Shown piece after piece: positions 61,867 through 64,000 of a stretch of 64,000 nucleotides of DNA (position 1 is its first letter; each line of letters opens with the position of its first letter). A program made the translations under genes and the position numbers. The notes under the pieces are model-generated. The model did no database searches, was not told where the DNA came from, and was given only the letters and a program-made list of their open reading frames with translations. The stretch is from Amoebidium appalachense (lineage: Eukaryota > Protista > Ichthyosporea), in NCBI GenBank assembly GCA_963693365.1, contig CAVNZM010000010.1, forward strand, positions 3,780,159 to 3,844,158, in the 5' to 3' direction.

Positions 61867-62497
61867 GTACGTGTGTGTGTGTGGGGGGGGGAGGGGAGGA
61901 GGGAGGGCGGGATGGAGGGATGGAATGCATAAGTGTGTGTGAACACGGGGGTTACGCACCATTGAAACCACATCCCCCCTCCCCCTCCCCCCCCCCCCCC
62001 CTCCCCTCCCCTCCCCTCCCCTCTCCCAAATTGCGATCGCTTTCGAGTAAACTAAGCAAATGTATGACTTTGGGAGAAAAAGAATTGAGGGGGGAGTTAG
62101 CATGCGTTATTGACTACCAGGTACACATTCATAACGGACAACACCATGCAGAGTGCAAAACACACATGGAGAGTATTCATTATAAGCACAGCCCATACTC
62201 ATGGTGGGCCCAAGTCAAACGGGGGGGGGGGGGGGGGGGGGGGAGGGGGAGGAGGAGGAGGAGGAGGAAGAGTACAACTTTTCCTTTCTTTTCTTTTTTT
62301 TTTTTTTTTTTTTTTTGGGGGGGGGGGGGGGGGTTTGAAAGCGTCAAAAAGGGGGAGGGGGGTTGGATGGGCAAATGCTCCATACCGTCCAAAGAGAAGA
62401 CGGCGTTGGGTGCATAGGCAGGAAGCAGACCTTCCCTGGCACTTGTCTGGGGGGCATCAAACAGGCTGAAATAGCTGCAGGTGTTTGTGTGTGTGTG

Positions 62498-62579
<82 letters not shown>

Positions 62580-62602
62580 GCGCGCGCGTGTGCATCCGTG
62601 TT

Positions 62603-62638
<36 letters not shown>

Positions 62639-63615
62639 CGTGTGTGTGAGAGTGTTGATCAGTGCACTTTAACGAGGAAGAGAAAGGGTATGTGGGTGAG
62701 TGTGCAGGTCCACAGGTGCGTGCACGAGTGTGATGGTGGTGTTATTGTGCTTGCACAAAGCGCAAAATCCGTGCATCCACATGAAACAGAAAGCAAGCCA
62801 ATGGGACCCCTTCCCATCTTTTTCCAGGTGTATTGAAATAAATCACATCTACCTGTGAGCCGGTATCATCAACCACAAACACATATGCAAGCATAAAACA
62901 CACCTTTTTCAGCTGGTGCACATCAAGAACCCACCTCGCATATATTACTATTCACGTTCATCATATCCCGCCCCATATCATCCACTCCCCCCTCCCCCTC
63001 CCCCCTCTCCTTCTCGTCCAAACCAGGAGATGCTGGGGGGAGAGCAGGGGAAGGGGGGGGGGAGGGGAAGGAAATCAGGAGAGGGGGAGACAGAGAGAAA
63101 GAGAGAAAGGGGGTTTCGTTGGTAAGGTTGGGTATACCTTTCCAGAAAGTTGTAGATTGTTCCGCTGACGTTGGGGGGCACAAGGTTGCACAGGCGCTGG
63201 GAGGGGGGAAGGCTGCCTGTCTCGGGAAGGGCAAACGACACGGGGGGTGGTAGCTCAACCATGTCTAGCATCTTGAGTTTGGGAAACCGCTTGCGCACCT
63301 CCCTGGTTTAGGATCCATATCGTCAGGCGGATGTGTATTCTTGTTGTGAAGGAAGGAAGGAAGGAAGACAGAGAGAGGTAATGCATATCCACGATTAGGG
63401 TCCATTCGATCCACCGGGGGGGGGTTGGGGGGGGGGTAATGTGGCAGAGGGGTTAAGCAACTCCTTGGATACGATGCATTCAACAGAGGGGGTGTTTTCG
63501 TATTGTGGTCCAGGACGATGTAAGGCCACGTGTACACGTGTGTGAGTAACTGAGTGTATGTGTGTGTGTGTACGTGTTTGTGTGTGTGGGTGCGTGTGTG
63601 TGTGTGTATGCATGT

Positions 63616-63658
<43 letters not shown>

Positions 63659-64000
63659 CATATCTGCATGTGCCCGGTTGTGTGCATGTGTGTGTATGCG
63701 GATGTGTGTGTGAGTGTGTGAGGAATGTGTGGGCATGCGTGTGTGTGTTGTGTGCATGTCCATGTGTGCGCCTGTGTTGGGTTGTGGTGATGCTTCTTGC
63801 ACAGATTCTGAGGGGGGGTGGGGTGGGGTGGGGTGGGGGGAGGGGGGGGGGGGGGGGGGGGGGGGGGGTGGAAGGGATGAAAAGTGTTACAGAGTACGAA
63901 GCACACTTCAGAAATTGCAGAGCACACAACAAGAGCATGCATCATCAGCAGATCCCATACTCAAAGAAGGGGGAGGAGGGGGGGGGGGGTCTTACGCCTT
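57003..64000 (-). CDS. NXF1: Nuclear RNA export factor 1 (TAP/Mex67), 3' half: end of LRR, NTF2-like, TAP-C UBA. Exons: >64000-63996, 63302-63138, 62474-62386, 61789-61682, 61205-61090, 60091-60049, 59384-59318, 58399-58225, 57764-57639, 57035-57003
   Basis: [25 protein letters not shown]|[39 protein letters not shown]..|SGPFIE|..KAFHRTL..|LAIVHDQL..|[24 protein letters not shown]..|LPPTAY; all phases join in frame. Confidence 0.94.
57360..57480 (-). repeat. Intronic element copy (NXF1)
   Basis: Reverse complement ttgggttccccttgaggatgag..atgtgctttgtactctgtaacacatcctac. Confidence 0.75.
57962..58070 (-). repeat. Intronic element copy (NXF1)
   Basis: Reverse complement gctctgctcatatg..tttgca..gtgttgtccgtcgtaattgcgtgcgtggtaccctatagc. 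Confidence 0.65.
62096..62215 (-). repeat. Intronic element copy (NXF1)
   Basis: Hand alignment to 4221-4339 gives about 90/120 identities, colinear end to end. Confidence 0.85.
63880..63968 (-). repeat. Intronic element copy (NXF1), internally deleted
   Basis: Reverse complement tgagtatgggatctgctgatgatgcatgctct..gtgtgcttcgtactctgtaacac. Confidence 0.7.

Overview
Intron-rich eukaryotic genomic DNA, dense in poly-C/poly-G runs and (CA)n, (GA)n and (GCGT)n microsatellites. Gene content suggests a holozoan, possibly a unicellular one such as an ichthyosporean; this is inference only. Almost all ORF-track entries are microsatellite noise. Spliced genes reconstructed by hand with GT-AG boundaries and consistent phases: 3' half of importin-beta (+), an MBD-like protein with a long disordered N-terminus (-), a class-3 lipase (-), a C1-C1/YxN/UBA-like adaptor (+), ALKBH7 (-) and the 3' half of NXF1/TAP (-). 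There are also two intronless 2-TM PPxY paralogs (-), one of them broken. Mobile DNA: an intact two-ORF APE+RT LINE, a full-length tRNA-headed SINE with a 17-bp TSD, a related SINE nested in a hAT-like foldback MITE, and truncated retro-element 3' ends. Most notable: (1) a dispersed ~120-bp element seen almost only in introns, always in the host gene's sense orientation and typically ending in a branch-point-like CTAAC plus poly-C; (2) the last ~25 nt of the LINE RNA before poly(A) are complementary to the start of its own ORF2. All family calls come from recalled motifs, not database searches.
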